In this document: positions 36,008 to 47,284 of the stretch, piece after piece
Numbering within the stretch: position 1 is the first letter of the stretch
Layout: each line of letters begins with the position of its first letter
From: Spirochaetia bacterium
GTDB taxonomy: Bacteria; Spirochaetota; Spirochaetia; CADAEX01
NCBI GenBank assembly: GCA_034003145.1
Contig: JAVEZE010000002.1
Coordinates: 1-60,570 of the forward strand
DNA: 60,570 nt
Reading direction: 5' to 3'
The notes under the pieces: model-generated
Told to the model about the DNA's origin: nothing
Seen by the model: the letters and a program-made list of their open reading frames with translations, nothing else
The model's database searches: none
Made by a program: the position numbers and the translations under genes

Positions 36008-37558
36008 GTGGGTAACAAGGAAGCAATGCTGCGTTTTAAGGAAATGCAGGCTAAAGCATTTGCCGGAGGCGGCGAGGCAAGAGTCGCGGCACAGTATGAA
36101 AAAGGAAAGAAAACAGCGCGGGAAAGAATAAATCTTCTCGTAGAGGACGGCTCGTTTGTTGAAGATGGAACATATATCACAGGGCGTGTTGATAGTTTCG
36201 GCCTTGATAAACTGAAATTCCCCGGCGACGGTGTTGTAACCGGCAGCGCTAAAATCAATGATAAACAGGTATTTGTGGCATCAGAGGATTTTACAGTTCT
36301 CGGCGGGTCTCTCGGCGAGAAGCATGCTGATAAAATTGCAACTGCACAGCACCTTGCGCTTCAAAACGGCACTCCGTTTATTCAGATAAATGACAGCGGC
36401 GGGGCAAGAATCCAGGAAGGGATTCTTTCTCTTAACGGATATGGAAAAATATTCAAACAGAATACAATCTCATCCGGCGTTATTCCCCAGATTTCAGTTA
36501 TCCTGGGCCCATGTGCAGGAGGCGCTGTTTACTCGCCTGCCATAACAGATTTTGTTTTTATGGTAGACGGCATAAGCAACATGTATATAACAGGGCCGGA
36601 TGTAATAAAGGCAGTAACAGGGGAAGAGATTACCCACGAGGCTCTCGGCGGAGCTTCGGCGCACTGCACAAAAAGCGGTGTTGCCCACTTCAGGTATAAA
36701 ACAGAGGAAGAGTGTCTTGAGGGAGTGCGTAAGCTTCTAAGCTATCTTCCGTCAAACAATATGGAAAAGCCCCCGTATGTGCCATCAAACGATTCAGTTG
36801 ACAGGGACACATCAGCTATTAATGATATTGTACCGGAAGAGCCAAATAAATCTTATGACATGAAAGACTGCATAAACGAAGTTTTTGACGAGGGCAGTTT
36901 TTTTGAAGTTCATGCTGAATTCGCAAAGAGTGTTGTTGTGGGTTTCGCAAGGCTTAACGGCAGAACAGTAGGGGTATTTGGAAACCAGCCCAAGGTTTTT
37001 GCCGCTTCTCTTGATATAGACTCATCAGATAAAGGTGCAAGATTTGTAAGGTTCTGCGATTCATTCAACATTCCTATTATCAATTTTATTGATGTTCCCG
37101 GGTTTCTTCCCGGTGTTTCACAGGAGCATGGCGGAATTATAAGGCACGGGGCGAAAATACTTTACGCGATAGCTGAAGCCACAGTCCCAAAGATCGCGCT
37201 TATCATCAGAAAATCCTACGGCGGGGCGTTTATAGCAATGTCTTCAAAGCATCTCGGGTATGAAAGGGTAATTGCGTTTCCATCAGCTGAAATAGCTGTT
37301 ATGGGAGCTGAAGGCGCTGCCAACATTATTTTCAGGAAAGAGATCAACGCGGCAGACGATCCTGTGGCAAAAAGAACAGAAAAAATTGACGAGTTCAGGG
37401 AGCAGTTCATGAATCCGTTTGTCGCGGCAGGTTACGGGTTTGTTGATGATATCATTGATCCTAAAAACACAAGGATAGAACTTATTAGATCTCTTGAGAT
37501 GCATTCCAGGAAAAGAGAAGAAAGGCCGGCCAAGAAGCACGGCAATATCCCTCTGTAA
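36008..37558 (+). CDS. mmdA: Methylmalonyl-CoA decarboxylase alpha subunit (carboxyltransferase, PccB-like)
   Basis: 516 aa of the PccB/MmdA type (ARERINLLVEDGSF, GGARIQEG, PKIALIIRKSYGGAFIAM). GTG start 6 nt after AGGAGG. Followed by OadG-like, biotin-carrier and beta-subunit genes. Confidence 0.8.
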   Translation: MGNKEAMLRFKEMQAKAFAGGGEARVAAQYEKGKKTARERINLLVEDGSFVEDGTYITGRVDSFGLDKLKFPGDGVVTGSAKINDKQVFVASEDFTVLGGSLGEKHADKIATAQHLALQNGTPFIQINDSGGARIQEGILSLNGYGKIFKQNTISSGVIPQISVILGPCAGGAVYSPAITDFVFMVDGISNMYITGPDVIKAVTGEEITHEALGGASAHCTKSGVAHFRYKTEEECLEGVRKLLSYLPSNNMEKPPYVPSNDSVDRDTSAINDIVPEEPNKSYDMKDCINEVFDEGSFFEVHAEFAKSVVVGFARLNGRTVGVFGNQPKVFAASLDIDSSDKGARFVRFCDSFNIPIINFIDVPGFLPGVSQEHGGIIRHGAKILYAIAEATVPKIALIIRKSYGGAFIAMSSKHLGYERVIAFPSAEIAVMGAEGAANIIFRKEINAADDPVAKRTEKIDEFREQFMNPFVAAGYGFVDDIIDPKNTRIELIRSLEMHSRKREERPAKKHGNIPL

Positions 37559-37576
37559 TAAAGGGGAGAGGTAATA

Positions 37577-37951
37577 ATGAATATAGAATCGTATAGTTAT
37601 ACAGTTTTGGCAAGTATTGTCGGGATGGGGATTGTTTTTGCATTTCTGGCATTTCTTTCCCTTTTAATGGTTGTAATAAATAGAATATTTGACGGGAAAG
37701 ATCAGGGAGTTGCTGTTAAAACCAGTTCTGCAAAAAACAACGCAGCTGCGGGTGCCAAAGCCAATGGTGTATCAACAGGAAATGGAAAAGAGGCAGAGGA
37801 TAATACCTGGATAATAGCTGCTGTTGCCGCATTCCTTGAAGAAGAGGATATGCCTGTAAGTGCTGTGGCATGGCAGCCTGCCGGAGATGAAAAACTTGAT
37901 CCCTGGGTTTCTGCGCCAGGTGGGCACAGACAGGCAGTGAGAGTTTTTTAA
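37577..37951 (+). CDS. OadG-family small membrane subunit of the Na+-translocating decarboxylase
   Basis: Single N-terminal TM (VLASIVGMGIVFAFLAFLSLLMVVI) followed by an Ala-rich linker, in the operon position of MmdD/OadG. Confidence 0.7.
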   Translation: MNIESYSYTVLASIVGMGIVFAFLAFLSLLMVVINRIFDGKDQGVAVKTSSAKNNAAAGAKANGVSTGNGKEAEDNTWIIAAVAAFLEEEDMPVSAVAWQPAGDEKLDPWVSAPGGHRQAVRVF

Positions 37952-38029
37952 TACAGGGCACGATAATTTGAAATTACTTATGGTATTTAAGATTTAAAGC
38001 AAAGTCCACTTGATAAACGGAGAATATAT

Positions 38030-38464
38030 ATGAAAAAAAATTTGAAATTTGAACTGGCTGGAAAAAAATACAGCGTCGATGTAGAGAGGCAGGGTGATTC
38101 TCTTGTAATTGAAAATGAAGGAAAGACTGTCACTGTTAACCTTCTTGAAGGAGAGAAAAAAGCTGCAAGGCCTAAACCAAGACCTGCTGCCGCATCTCCT
38201 GTTGCTGCGGCACCTGCACCTGCGCCTGCTGCAGCATCTGCCTCTGGAAGCGCGGGAGACATAAAAGCTCCTATGACAGGAACAATTAAGGAAATAAAGG
38301 TTTCCAAAGGAGACAAGGTTGAAGCAGATCAGCTTGTTGTAATTATGGAAGCAATGAAAATGGATATTGAGGTTTTTGCACATATATCCGGTACAGTTGC
38401 TGATATTTATCTTGCGCCGGGAAGCAGTGTCAAGGAAAATCAGCCTGTTGTTAAACTGGCTTAA
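38030..38464 (+). CDS. Biotin carboxyl carrier subunit
   Basis: Ala/Pro-rich linker, then a biotinyl domain with the EAMKM biotinylation motif. Confidence 0.85.
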   Translation: MKKNLKFELAGKKYSVDVERQGDSLVIENEGKTVTVNLLEGEKKAARPKPRPAAASPVAAAPAPAPAAASASGSAGDIKAPMTGTIKEIKVSKGDKVEADQLVVIMEAMKMDIEVFAHISGTVADIYLAPGSSVKENQPVVKLA

Positions 38465-38474
38465 GGGGGAATAA

Positions 38475-39590
38475 ATGGGACTTTTACATCTGTTTCAGGA
38501 ATTCCTTGGCAGTACAAGTTTTTCAGCCATAATCTGGAAAGATTATGTGATGATAGGTGTCGGCTGCCTTTTACTTTATCTGGCAATTGCCAAAGGTTAT
38601 GAGCCTCTGCTTCTTATTCCAATTGGGTTTGGAGCAATTCTTGTTAATATTCCACTCGCAGGTATGCTTGATGAGGGGGGACTGCTGAAGTATTTCTACT
38701 TTGGGATTGAAGCTGGAATTTTCCCCCCCCTTATCTTCATGGGAATAGGGGCAATGACAGATTTCGGGCCGCTTCTTTCCAAACCCCAGACATTCCTTCT
38801 TGGAGCTGCTGCACAGTTTGGTATTTTCGGCACACTTCTTGGAGCAAAAGCTCTGGGATTTGATTTTGCGGAATCAGCTTCTATCGCGATTATCGGCGGT
38901 GCAGATGGACCGACTGCGATTTACCTTACATCAAAAATGGCACCCCATCTTCTTGGTCCTATAGCTGTTGCTGCCTATTCATATATGGCTCTTGTCCCTT
39001 TTATCCAGCCTCCAATAATTAAAGCGCTTACTTCCAAAAATGACAGGAAGATTGTGATGTCAGAGGTTAAGGAAGTATCAAAAAAGGTAAAGATACTGTT
39101 TCCCATAATAACATGTATTATATCATCCCTTATTATTCCCGCGGCAACCCCTCTTTTGGGAATGCTTATGGTAGGAAACCTTTTCAGGGAATGCGGTGTT
39201 GTTGACCGGCTTTCAAAAACCGCGCAGAATGAGCTCATAAATATTGTAACAATTTTTCTTGGACTTTCAGTTGGTTCAAAAATGTCAGCTGAATATTTTC
39301 TTACCCCAAAAACACTTATGATTATAGGTCTTGGCCTTGTAGCGTTTTCTGTTGGAACTGCAGCAGGTGTTCTTCTTGGACAGCTTATGAAAGTTCTTTC
39401 CGGCGGCAAGATAAATCCGATGATTGGGGCAGCTGGTGTATCTGCAGTACCGATGGCAGCGAGAGTTGTGCAGAAAGTAGGGCAGCAGGCAAACCCCAAA
39501 AATTTCCTCCTGATGAATGCCATGGGGCCCAATGTTGCAGGCGTTATCGGATCTGCTGTTGCAGCCGGTGTTCTGCTGTCTCTTGCATAA
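38475..39590 (+). CDS. mmdB: Na+-translocating decarboxylase beta subunit (OadB/MmdB/GcdB family)
   Basis: 371-aa polytopic protein with GADGPTAIY and NLFRECGV, conserved in OadB-family pumps. Confidence 0.85.
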   Translation: MGLLHLFQEFLGSTSFSAIIWKDYVMIGVGCLLLYLAIAKGYEPLLLIPIGFGAILVNIPLAGMLDEGGLLKYFYFGIEAGIFPPLIFMGIGAMTDFGPLLSKPQTFLLGAAAQFGIFGTLLGAKALGFDFAESASIAIIGGADGPTAIYLTSKMAPHLLGPIAVAAYSYMALVPFIQPPIIKALTSKNDRKIVMSEVKEVSKKVKILFPIITCIISSLIIPAATPLLGMLMVGNLFRECGVVDRLSKTAQNELINIVTIFLGLSVGSKMSAEYFLTPKTLMIIGLGLVAFSVGTAAGVLLGQLMKVLSGGKINPMIGAAGVSAVPMAARVVQKVGQQANPKNFLLMNAMGPNVAGVIGSAVAAGVLLSLA

Positions 39591-39624
39591 TCTTCATTTT
39601 TTTCAATATTTTCACTTTTTTCCT

Positions 39625-39653
39625 GCTGCCTTCCCGTTGGGGGGGCAGCTTTT
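39625..39653 (+). terminator. Rho-independent terminator of the decarboxylase operon
   Basis: GCTGCCTTCCC-gtt-GGGGGGGCAGC (two G-U pairs) followed by TTTT. Confidence 0.65.
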
Positions 39654-39825
39654 AAAATTTCAGGATCACTACGGGCAAAACATCCCGGGTTTGCTTTTAT
39701 GGGCTTATTTACAGATATTTTTCGGACTTGACCGAAGTGATCGAAGTTCTGGATAGGGAATTTTTCATACTTCCCGGCTGAAAATTTGATTTTATTACAT
39801 TAATGAGTATATATTATATATAGAT

Positions 39826-40389
39826 ATGGAAATCATAGATATTGCAGAAACATTGATAATTCAGGGGATGTACTCTGATGCCAAAACTGTTCTCAACCGG
39901 CTTCTTGAAGAAGAGCCTGACAACAATGAGGCAGTCTGTCTTATTGGAATCGCGCTTACAGAAAGCGGAGAAAACGACAAGGCAATCAAAGCGCTTGATT
40001 ACTGCCTGAGCAAAAACAGCTATAATGCCGCGGCATGGGAAGCGCTCGGCTGCGCCTGGATGAGAAAGAGTGAGCTCCAAAAAGCAAAAGATTCTCTTGA
40101 ATCGGCAATTAAGCTTGAACCTGAAAACTGGTCTGTAAAAAGAAACATGGGAGTTCTGTATATATTAAAAAGAGATTACAAAAAAGCAAAAGAGCTGCTG
40201 GAATTTGCCAGAGAAAAAAAACCGGAAGATTACAAAACAATATATGCGCTTATTTACGCCTGTGTAAACCTTAAGGAATATGATGAAGCTGAAAATCTTA
40301 TCAGGGAAATACTTTTCCTCGATATTACTGAAGATATAAAAAATGATGTGGAGCAGCTTTTGATACGAATACAGGCGAAAATGATCTAA
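39826..40389 (+). CDS. Tetratricopeptide-repeat protein
   Basis: Several 34-aa TPR-like units (e.g. AAAWEALGCAWMRKSELQKAKDSLESAIKLEPEN). Confidence 0.65.
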   Translation: MEIIDIAETLIIQGMYSDAKTVLNRLLEEEPDNNEAVCLIGIALTESGENDKAIKALDYCLSKNSYNAAAWEALGCAWMRKSELQKAKDSLESAIKLEPENWSVKRNMGVLYILKRDYKKAKELLEFAREKKPEDYKTIYALIYACVNLKEYDEAENLIREILFLDITEDIKNDVEQLLIRIQAKMI

Positions 40390-40433
40390 TAAATTACAAA
40401 ATACTGTATTTAATGAATAATCCTAAAAAAAAA

Positions 40434-40462
40434 TTGATAAATTTGTCAATATGCCTTATAAT
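40434..40462 (+). promoter_or_regulatory. Sigma70-type promoter TTGATA-N17-TATAAT upstream of ackA
   Basis: TTGATA at 40434-40439, a 17-nt spacer, TATAAT at 40457-40462, about 70 nt upstream of the start codon. Confidence 0.6.
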
Positions 40463-40529
40463 AAACGGGTAAAAGTTCTGTTACATTTTAAAAAAACAAA
40501 ATATTTCAGGTATCTTCCGGAGGTGTAAG

Positions 40530-41741
40530 GTGAATATTCTTGTACTAAACAGCGGCAGTTCTTCCATTAAATTTAATCTCTGGAAGATTGAGGCTAAACA
40601 ACTGCTTTGCAAGGGAATTATTGAAAAAATCGGTAAAAAAGACAGTTCCATGACCTACTGCCCCAACGGCGGGAAAATTGTTTTTGAAATAGAGTTATTA
40701 AACCATAAAGATGGAATCCAGTTTGTCCTTGATACAATAACAGACTGCAATAACGGTGTTGTAAAAAGTATTAAAGATATTGATGCGGTTGGACACAGGG
40801 TTGTCCATGGCGGCGAAAGAATAACACAGTCAGAGCTTGTTACCAAAGAGATTGAAAAAATTATTGAAGAGTGCATAATGCTTGCGCCGCTGCATAACCC
40901 GGCTAACCTTGAAGGAATAAGGGCGATTGGCAATGTTCTTCCTGATGTCCCCAATATAGCGGTATTTGATACAGCATTTCACTCTACCATGCCTCCAAAA
41001 GCCTATGTATATCCTTTACCATATGAATTCTATGAAAAGTATAAAATAAGAAAATACGGTTTTCACGGGACTTCGCATAAATATGTCTCACTGCGTGGCG
41101 CGGAAATACTTGGATTAAAGCCAAATAAATTCAATTGCATAACATGTCATCTTGGAAACGGTTCTTCTATCGCAGCGGTAAAGAACGGTTTGTCTGTTGA
41201 CACAACAATGGGGTTTACCCCTCTTGCCGGCCTTCCCATGGGGACAAGAACCGGAAGTATTGACCCTTCCATTATTCTTTATATGATAGAAAATCTGGGT
41301 TATGAACCCAAAGCTGTCAATGACATTTTGAACAAGGAATCTGGTTTCAAGGGTATTTCAGGCATTTCATCAGATTTGCGGGAAGTAAGCAAAGCTGCAA
41401 AAGAAGGGCATGTAAGGGCAATTCTTACATTGAAGATTTTCGCCCATGCTGCCAAAAAATTTATCGCAGGGCTTGCTACTGAAATGGAAGGAAGGGTTGA
41501 TGCCATAATCTTTACAGGAGGGATTGGCGAGAACTCTTCCGAGTCAAGGGAGCTTATCTGTGAAGGTTTGCAGATATTCGGAGCGCAAATCGATCTTGAG
41601 AAAAACACATTTATTAAAGGTGAAGGGTTTATTTCTCAGGATGATTCGGAGATCAGTATATTGGTAATTCCTACAAATGAAGAGCTTATGATAGCACTCG
41701 AGACACAGCGGATTGTTGATGCCAAAAAAAAGGTGAAATAA
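40530..41741 (+). CDS. ackA: Acetate kinase
   Basis: ILVLNSGSSSIKF, VGHRVVHGG, APLHNPANL, YGFHGTSH and IIFTGGIGENS. GTG start after GGAGG. Confidence 0.92.
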   Translation: MNILVLNSGSSSIKFNLWKIEAKQLLCKGIIEKIGKKDSSMTYCPNGGKIVFEIELLNHKDGIQFVLDTITDCNNGVVKSIKDIDAVGHRVVHGGERITQSELVTKEIEKIIEECIMLAPLHNPANLEGIRAIGNVLPDVPNIAVFDTAFHSTMPPKAYVYPLPYEFYEKYKIRKYGFHGTSHKYVSLRGAEILGLKPNKFNCITCHLGNGSSIAAVKNGLSVDTTMGFTPLAGLPMGTRTGSIDPSIILYMIENLGYEPKAVNDILNKESGFKGISGISSDLREVSKAAKEGHVRAILTLKIFAHAAKKFIAGLATEMEGRVDAIIFTGGIGENSSESRELICEGLQIFGAQIDLEKNTFIKGEGFISQDDSEISILVIPTNEELMIALETQRIVDAKKKVK

Positions 41742-41746
41742 TTACT

Positions 41747-42703
41747 TTACGCTAAAAATACCGGGGCATATGAGGTGAAATCAGCAATAGCATCTTCTAT
41801 ACACATCTGTGTTGTATAACCGGATGCTTTGCTGTGGCCTCCTCCTCCGAAATGGGATGCAACTTTGCTCAAGTCAATATCACCGCGAGTCCGGAGGCCT
41901 ACACTGCATTTTCCGTTTTTTTCTTCCCTGAATGAGGCTGCTACCTTGACCCCTTTAATGCCGAGAAAAATCTGATAAAGCATATCCTTGTCTCTGTCAG
42001 TTTCTTTATAAAATTCAAGGTCTGATATTTTCTCATGAAAGACAAGGAGTTTTCCATTGTGGGATATTACAGCTCTTTCAAGCATCATCTTTAAAAAATT
42101 TATTGAGGTTGATTCCCTGTTGCCGTAGATAGTATAAAAAATATCATTTGGGGATGCTCCAAGATCGCACAGCTCTCCTGCTGTTTTAAACGCTTTCCCT
42201 GACTCTGAAGTCAAGTGTCTGAAAAATCCGGTATCTGTGCAAAGCCCCATAAATAAAAGAGCGCTTTCCTCGGTGCTGATTTTATAGTTGTTTTCTTTAA
42301 GAAAATTATAGACAAGATATGTTGCGGAAGGGGCGCTGCTGTCTATAAATGCCGCAGCTTCCGGTACAGGCGGTGTAAGGTGATGGTCAATAATTACCTG
42401 GGGGAATTTCTGCGCATATTCGGCAAAAGGTCCTGTCCTTTCTGCCAGAGCGCAGTCAACAAGGAAAACCGCGGTTTTTCCCTTAATATCTTCCGGTGAA
42501 ACTTTTGCGCTGAAATATTTCTCATAAGGTTTTATTTCTCTCCGCAAAAAAGGTATCTGGCTGTAAAGTGATGTTTTTTTCCCAAGTGACTTTAAAAAGT
42601 TTGATATTACAATCTGGCTGCAGATACTGTCGGCATCAGGATCTTCATGCCCGAATACAAGAAAATTATCAAAAATATTAATAAAATCCATAATGGTTTT
42701 CAT
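41747..42703 (-). CDS. DHH-family phosphoesterase (NrnA-like oligoribonuclease/pAp phosphatase)
   Basis: GHEDPDADSICS, IIDHH, and the DHHA1 motif GGGGH. Confidence 0.8.
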   Translation of the reverse strand: MKTIMDFINIFDNFLVFGHEDPDADSICSQIVISNFLKSLGKKTSLYSQIPFLRREIKPYEKYFSAKVSPEDIKGKTAVFLVDCALAERTGPFAEYAQKFPQVIIDHHLTPPVPEAAAFIDSSAPSATYLVYNFLKENNYKISTEESALLFMGLCTDTGFFRHLTSESGKAFKTAGELCDLGASPNDIFYTIYGNRESTSINFLKMMLERAVISHNGKLLVFHEKISDLEFYKETDRDKDMLYQIFLGIKGVKVAASFREEKNGKCSVGLRTRGDIDLSKVASHFGGGGHSKASGYTTQMCIEDAIADFTSYAPVFLA

Positions 42704-42728
42704 ATTGCTTATTGCTCCGCTTGATTTG

Positions 42729-43892
42729 TCATCTTAGAAGGAGGATCTCTTTCTGCGGAGAGCCTCCTGAAATGATTAATGTGTTATTTTTAATATAACA
42801 ATTAATTTCTGTTCTTGCCCCGAAATCATCAAAGTAAAGTCCAGGTTCTACTGAAAAGCATGACCCTTCACCAAGTTTTCTGTTGTCGGGGAATTCAACT
42901 GAGTCAAGGTTAGCCCCGTATCCATGGAGCTCAAGATCTATGGAATGTCCTGTTCTGTGTTTGATTGCATCAGCGTAACCTGCTTTGACAAGTACTTTTC
43001 TGGCAATGGAATCTGCTTGAATTCCTGATACTGATTCACCCTTGTCAAGCTGCTCTTTGATATAGTCAGTGACTGAGTCTCTTGCATCCCTGACTGAGTT
43101 AAAAACGTTTTCTAAAGCAGCGGGAGTGGATGAAGATGTAAAACCAACCCAGGAGATATCTGCGTACACAGAACCTGGAAGATCAAGTTTTCCCCAGATA
43201 TCAAACTGTACCGGCATATTTTCTTCAACAGCAATATCATTTGTTCCGGTTTCATAGTGGGGATCAGCTGTGTTTTTGCCGAAAGCGGCCAGGGGAAGAT
43301 GCTCTGTCACAATGTTGTTTTCCCTGAACTTTTCAAGAATAAAGGCCAGAACCTCTTTTTCTGTAACAGCAGGTCCATTCCGGAGGCTGGCAGAGATCAT
43401 GTTCCAGGATTCTGAAATTATTCTGTACAGTGCTGCACCTGCATTTTCATGGGTATCTATCTGCCTGCTGTCAAGAACACCGATTGTTTTCTGAACAAGG
43501 GAAGCAGAGCTTACAGTCTTTATACCGCATTCATGGAGCAGGGAAGCAGTACCGCTGTCAAGAAAAGATATCTGTGTAAGGTTGATATCTTCCTGTACTG
43601 CAAAGCTCATCCTGTTAAATCTGCTTAAAATTGTTTTAATCTCATCACGGGATGTATAAATAATTTTTTCACCCGGCAGGTTATCAAGCGCGTCAGGCTC
43701 TACATTGTGTGTAATTTTTAGGTTTTCCCTGCGGGGAAAAATCAAATAAAACCATCCCCTGCTGTTCAGCTTTTTGCTGTCAATGCCGAGAATCAGATCC
43801 GCAAGCAGATCCCTGTGTCTGAAATTAAAAAAAAGCCATCCCGAACAGCTTTCTTCCAGAATGGCATTTTTTATTTTATCCAGGATAATCAT
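42729..43892 (-). CDS. M24-family metallopeptidase (Xaa-Pro aminopeptidase-like)
   Basis: HRTGHSIDLELHG and FSVEPGLY are pita-bread-fold metal-ligand contexts. Confidence 0.75.
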   Translation of the reverse strand: MIILDKIKNAILEESCSGWLFFNFRHRDLLADLILGIDSKKLNSRGWFYLIFPRRENLKITHNVEPDALDNLPGEKIIYTSRDEIKTILSRFNRMSFAVQEDINLTQISFLDSGTASLLHECGIKTVSSASLVQKTIGVLDSRQIDTHENAGAALYRIISESWNMISASLRNGPAVTEKEVLAFILEKFRENNIVTEHLPLAAFGKNTADPHYETGTNDIAVEENMPVQFDIWGKLDLPGSVYADISWVGFTSSSTPAALENVFNSVRDARDSVTDYIKEQLDKGESVSGIQADSIARKVLVKAGYADAIKHRTGHSIDLELHGYGANLDSVEFPDNRKLGEGSCFSVEPGLYFDDFGARTEINCYIKNNTLIISGGSPQKEILLLR

Positions 43893-44305
43893 TAAAAGGA
43901 TAAATCAGGTTTGTCTATATCAAAACTGTCATCATATTTGTTGGGGTCTCTCAGTGTACCCCAAGACAGATCAGATTTCTGTTCCCTTAAATAAAGTCTC
44001 AGGTGGGAAAACCCCTCCTTGTCCCAGTAGATATTCATATAGGGGTATTCAGGCTTTGACCCGTAAAAAACCTCTGCCAGCCATTTGTTGGTAGGCTGCT
44101 GAGGTACCTGAAACCATTTATAGGGGATAAAAACACGGTGAAGATCCATGTTCTGTTTTTCGTAAAGAACCACAAAACCTTTTTGGTGGTGGTATACTTT
44201 GTATACTGTAACAGCTTTAACATAATAGTCTGACTCAGCACCATATGTGCTGTATGTTATTGTCGCAAGAATTACCAATGACAATATGACAACCCATTTT
44301 TTCAA
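43892..44305 (-). CDS. Hypothetical secreted protein
   Basis: Signal peptide MKKWVVILSLVILATITYSTYG. The stop abuts the downstream peptidase start. No recognisable family. Confidence 0.45.
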   Translation of the reverse strand: MKKWVVILSLVILATITYSTYGAESDYYVKAVTVYKVYHHQKGFVVLYEKQNMDLHRVFIPYKWFQVPQQPTNKWLAEVFYGSKPEYPYMNIYWDKEGFSHLRLYLREQKSDLSWGTLRDPNKYDDSFDIDKPDLSF

Positions 44306-44404
44306 CTTAACGCCTCCGGATAGAAGAATAAAAAATATATAACAATTTAATTAAATATTTATTGAATTATATAATCAATAATTGTTGAAATCAAGACAAA
44401 ATAA

Positions 44405-45346
44405 TTATTCAAGTCCTAAAGTGGCAAGCATGACCGCCTTTATTGTATGCTTGCGGTTTTCCGCCTGATTCCAGGCTTCTGAGCTGCTGCCGTCAATTAC
44501 CTCTGCCGTAACTTCATTTCCCTTTACCGCAGGAAGGCAGTGCATAAATATTGTGTCTCCTTTTCCTGTCTTTTCCATGAGAGAACTGTTTACCTGGTAA
44601 GGTTTTAGCAGTTTTATCCTTTCTCCAAGCTTGTCTTCCTCTCCCATTGAGGCCCAGACATCAGTATATATTACATCGGCATCTATTACTGCTTTTTGTA
44701 TATCTGTTGTTATTTCGACTAGAGAGCCTGATTTTTCTGAAAAATTTCTGGCCATTGTTACAATTCTTTCCGAAGGGAGCAGGGAATGGGGGGATGCTAT
44801 TGTAATATCTGTTCCCATAATCGAGCAGCCTATCATAAGTGAATTGGCAACATTGTTTCTGCCGTCACCCGCATATACAACCTTTATCCCTTCAAGTTTG
44901 CTTTTACTTTCTTCAATTGTCATTAAATCGGCAAGTATCTGTGTAGGATGGTAATCATCAGTCAGTCCGTTGTATACTGGAACGCCTGAGTATTCAGCCA
45001 GAGCCTGGGCATTGGAAGTCTTGAATCCCCGGAACTGAATGCAGTCAAACATCCTTCCCAATACTCGTGCAGTATCTTCTATCGATTCCTTTGAGCCAAG
45101 CTGAATATCTGCGCTGGAAAGAAAAACAGGATGTCCTCCCTCTTCGCCGAAAGCTGTTTCAAAAGCGCACCTTGTTCTTGTTGATCTTTTTTCAAAAAGC
45201 AGTGCAAGAGTCAGCCCTTTGAATCTTTCTTTTCTTGAATGTTTTTCTTTTTTCACCTTATGCGAAAGGTCAAGAAGATACCTGATCTCTTCCCTGCTGA
45301 AATCGCAGAGCGTAATCAGCGATCGTCCCCTGAGGTCTCCTGACAT
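44405..45346 (-). CDS. argF: Ornithine carbamoyltransferase
   Basis: STRTRCAFE, HPTQILADL and HCLPA motifs. ATG 45346 is preferred over the upstream TTG at 45394. I cannot tell anabolic from catabolic. Confidence 0.85.
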   Translation of the reverse strand: MSGDLRGRSLITLCDFSREEIRYLLDLSHKVKKEKHSRKERFKGLTLALLFEKRSTRTRCAFETAFGEEGGHPVFLSSADIQLGSKESIEDTARVLGRMFDCIQFRGFKTSNAQALAEYSGVPVYNGLTDDYHPTQILADLMTIEESKSKLEGIKVVYAGDGRNNVANSLMIGCSIMGTDITIASPHSLLPSERIVTMARNFSEKSGSLVEITTDIQKAVIDADVIYTDVWASMGEEDKLGERIKLLKPYQVNSSLMEKTGKGDTIFMHCLPAVKGNEVTAEVIDGSSSEAWNQAENRKHTIKAVMLATLGLE

Positions 45347-45404
45347 AAGCTTAAACCCCCTGTCCTTTAAGTTCAAATTGTGCAAATTGTTCAAATAAAG
45401 TGTT

Positions 45405-46655
45405 TTACGCTGTTTTCTGATCAGTTGTGATTATTTCCGCTTTCTCTTTCCCTTCAATCACATCACGTGTAATAACAACTTTTTTAGTCCCTTCCATGGA
45501 AGGAAGATCATACATTATGTTGAGCATGATTGATTCCACTATTGAGCGGATACCTCTTGCTCCTGTTTTTCTTGATATCGCAAGCTCTGAAACCGCATCA
45601 ATAGCATCATCAGTAAATTCAAGCTCGGTATCATCAAGTTTTAAAAATTCTGTATACTGCCTTATAATGGCATTTTTGGGTTCAGTTATGATTCTTCGGA
45701 GATCTTCCTTTGTGAGGTTTTCAAGCGCGACCTGTATGGGAAGCCTTCCTATAAACTCAGGAATAAGGCCGAATTTTATAAGATCATCAGGATGGAGTTT
45801 CGAATAAAGTTCAGAAAGGTTTTTTTCTTCAACTGGTTTTATATCAGCGCCGAATCCCATCGGATGTTTGGAAACCCTTGCCTCAACTATCTTGTCAAGT
45901 CCGACAAAAGCGCCGCCGCAGATAAAGAGGATATTCTCTGTATTGATCTTAAGCATTTCCTGGTTCGGATGTTTTCTTCCCCCCTGAGGCGGAACAGATG
46001 CAATTGATCCTTCAATTATCTTTAAAAGCGCCTGCTGCACTCCTTCTCCTGATACATCCCGAGTTATGGAAATGTTTTCCCCTTTCTTTGATATCTTGTC
46101 TATTTCATCAATATAGATAATCCCTTTTTCGGCCGCCTCGATACTGTTGTTTGCTGATTGAATAAGTTTGAGGAGAATATTTTCCACATCCTCACCCACA
46201 TATCCAGCCTCAGTCAGGGTTGTAGCGTCAGCTATGGCAAACGGTACATTAAGTTTTTTCGCAAGACTTTTGGCAAGGAGCGTTTTTCCGGTTCCTGTAG
46301 GGCCTATTATCAGGACATTAGATTTTTCAATTTCAACTTCCCTGTCAATTTTGTCAGACCCTGAAATTCTTTTATAATGATTGTAAACTGCTACAGAAAG
46401 TGTTTTTTTTGCGTTTTCCTGCCCTATTACATACATATCAAGGAATTTTTTAATCTCTTCAGGTTTTGATACCTTCTGAGCAGAAATATCTCTGCTGACA
46501 GTTTTGCCGTCTCCCTGGCTTATAATCCTGTTGCAAACCCCTACGCACTCATCGCATATATGGACACCGGGCCCAGAGATAATCTTTTTTGCCATTTCCC
46601 CGGATTTGCCGCAGAAAGAGCATGTTTGATATATTTCTTTTTTGTTTTTTGCCAT
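45405..46655 (-). CDS. clpX: ATP-dependent Clp protease ATP-binding subunit ClpX
   Basis: N-terminal zinc finger CSFCGK...CDEC, Walker A GPTGTGKT, and IIYIDEIDK. Confidence 0.95.
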   Translation of the reverse strand: MAKNKKEIYQTCSFCGKSGEMAKKIISGPGVHICDECVGVCNRIISQGDGKTVSRDISAQKVSKPEEIKKFLDMYVIGQENAKKTLSVAVYNHYKRISGSDKIDREVEIEKSNVLIIGPTGTGKTLLAKSLAKKLNVPFAIADATTLTEAGYVGEDVENILLKLIQSANNSIEAAEKGIIYIDEIDKISKKGENISITRDVSGEGVQQALLKIIEGSIASVPPQGGRKHPNQEMLKINTENILFICGGAFVGLDKIVEARVSKHPMGFGADIKPVEEKNLSELYSKLHPDDLIKFGLIPEFIGRLPIQVALENLTKEDLRRIITEPKNAIIRQYTEFLKLDDTELEFTDDAIDAVSELAISRKTGARGIRSIVESIMLNIMYDLPSMEGTKKVVITRDVIEGKEKAEIITTDQKTA

Positions 46656-46661
46656 TAAATA

Positions 46662-47258
46662 TTAACTCCTGGTAAGGATGGAATCTATAAGGCCGTATTG
46701 ACGCCCCTCTTCCGCAGACATGTAATAATCCCTTTCAAGATCTTTTGATACTGTTTTGACTGATTTTCCTGTATGTTTCGCAAAATAATCAATTATAAGG
46801 GTTTTAAGGCGGACTATCTCTTTTGCCTGTATATCGATATCCCTTGCCTGTCCCTGTACGCCGCCCCAGGGCTGGTGGATAAGTATCCGGCTGGAAGGGA
46901 GGCACTGCCGTTTTCCAGGTGTGCCGCATGTAAGCAAAAGCGCTGCCATTGAGGCTGCCTGTCCCATACAGATAGTCTGAACATCCGGCCTTATGTGCTG
47001 GATTGTATCATAAACCGCGAGGCCTGCTGTAACTGAGCCTCCAGGAGAGTTGATATAAAGGCTGATTTCCCTTTGAGGATCCTGTGATTCAAGAAAGAGA
47101 AGCTGAGCTACAACAAGGTCTGCTGTAAGATCGTTAATTTCTCCGTCAAGAAAAATTATCCTGTCTTTAAGAAGGCGGGAATAAATATCATAGGATCTTT
47201 CTCCCGCTCCTGTCTGTTCGATGACTATGGGAACTAAACTATTCATTTTTTCATTCAT
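46662..47258 (-). CDS. clpP: ATP-dependent Clp protease proteolytic subunit ClpP
   Basis: [18 protein letters not shown], catalytic-serine context GQAASMAA, and IHQP. Confidence 0.95.
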   Translation of the reverse strand: MNEKMNSLVPIVIEQTGAGERSYDIYSRLLKDRIIFLDGEINDLTADLVVAQLLFLESQDPQREISLYINSPGGSVTAGLAVYDTIQHIRPDVQTICMGQAASMAALLLTCGTPGKRQCLPSSRILIHQPWGGVQGQARDIDIQAKEIVRLKTLIIDYFAKHTGKSVKTVSKDLERDYYMSAEEGRQYGLIDSILTRS

Positions 47259-47284
47259 ATTTTATAAACCTGCATTATATAAGA

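Noticed and set aside
37987-38383. Two antisense ORFs (109 and 129 aa) opposite the biotin carrier gene.
   Set aside because: They arise from the GC-rich Ala/Pro linker read backwards (an AAGAGAGAAA-type sequence). They have no independent support.
39517-39756. 79-aa ORF spanning the end of the decarboxylase beta-subunit gene and its terminator.
   Set aside because: It starts inside the beta-subunit gene in another frame and runs through the terminator hairpin. It has no RBS.
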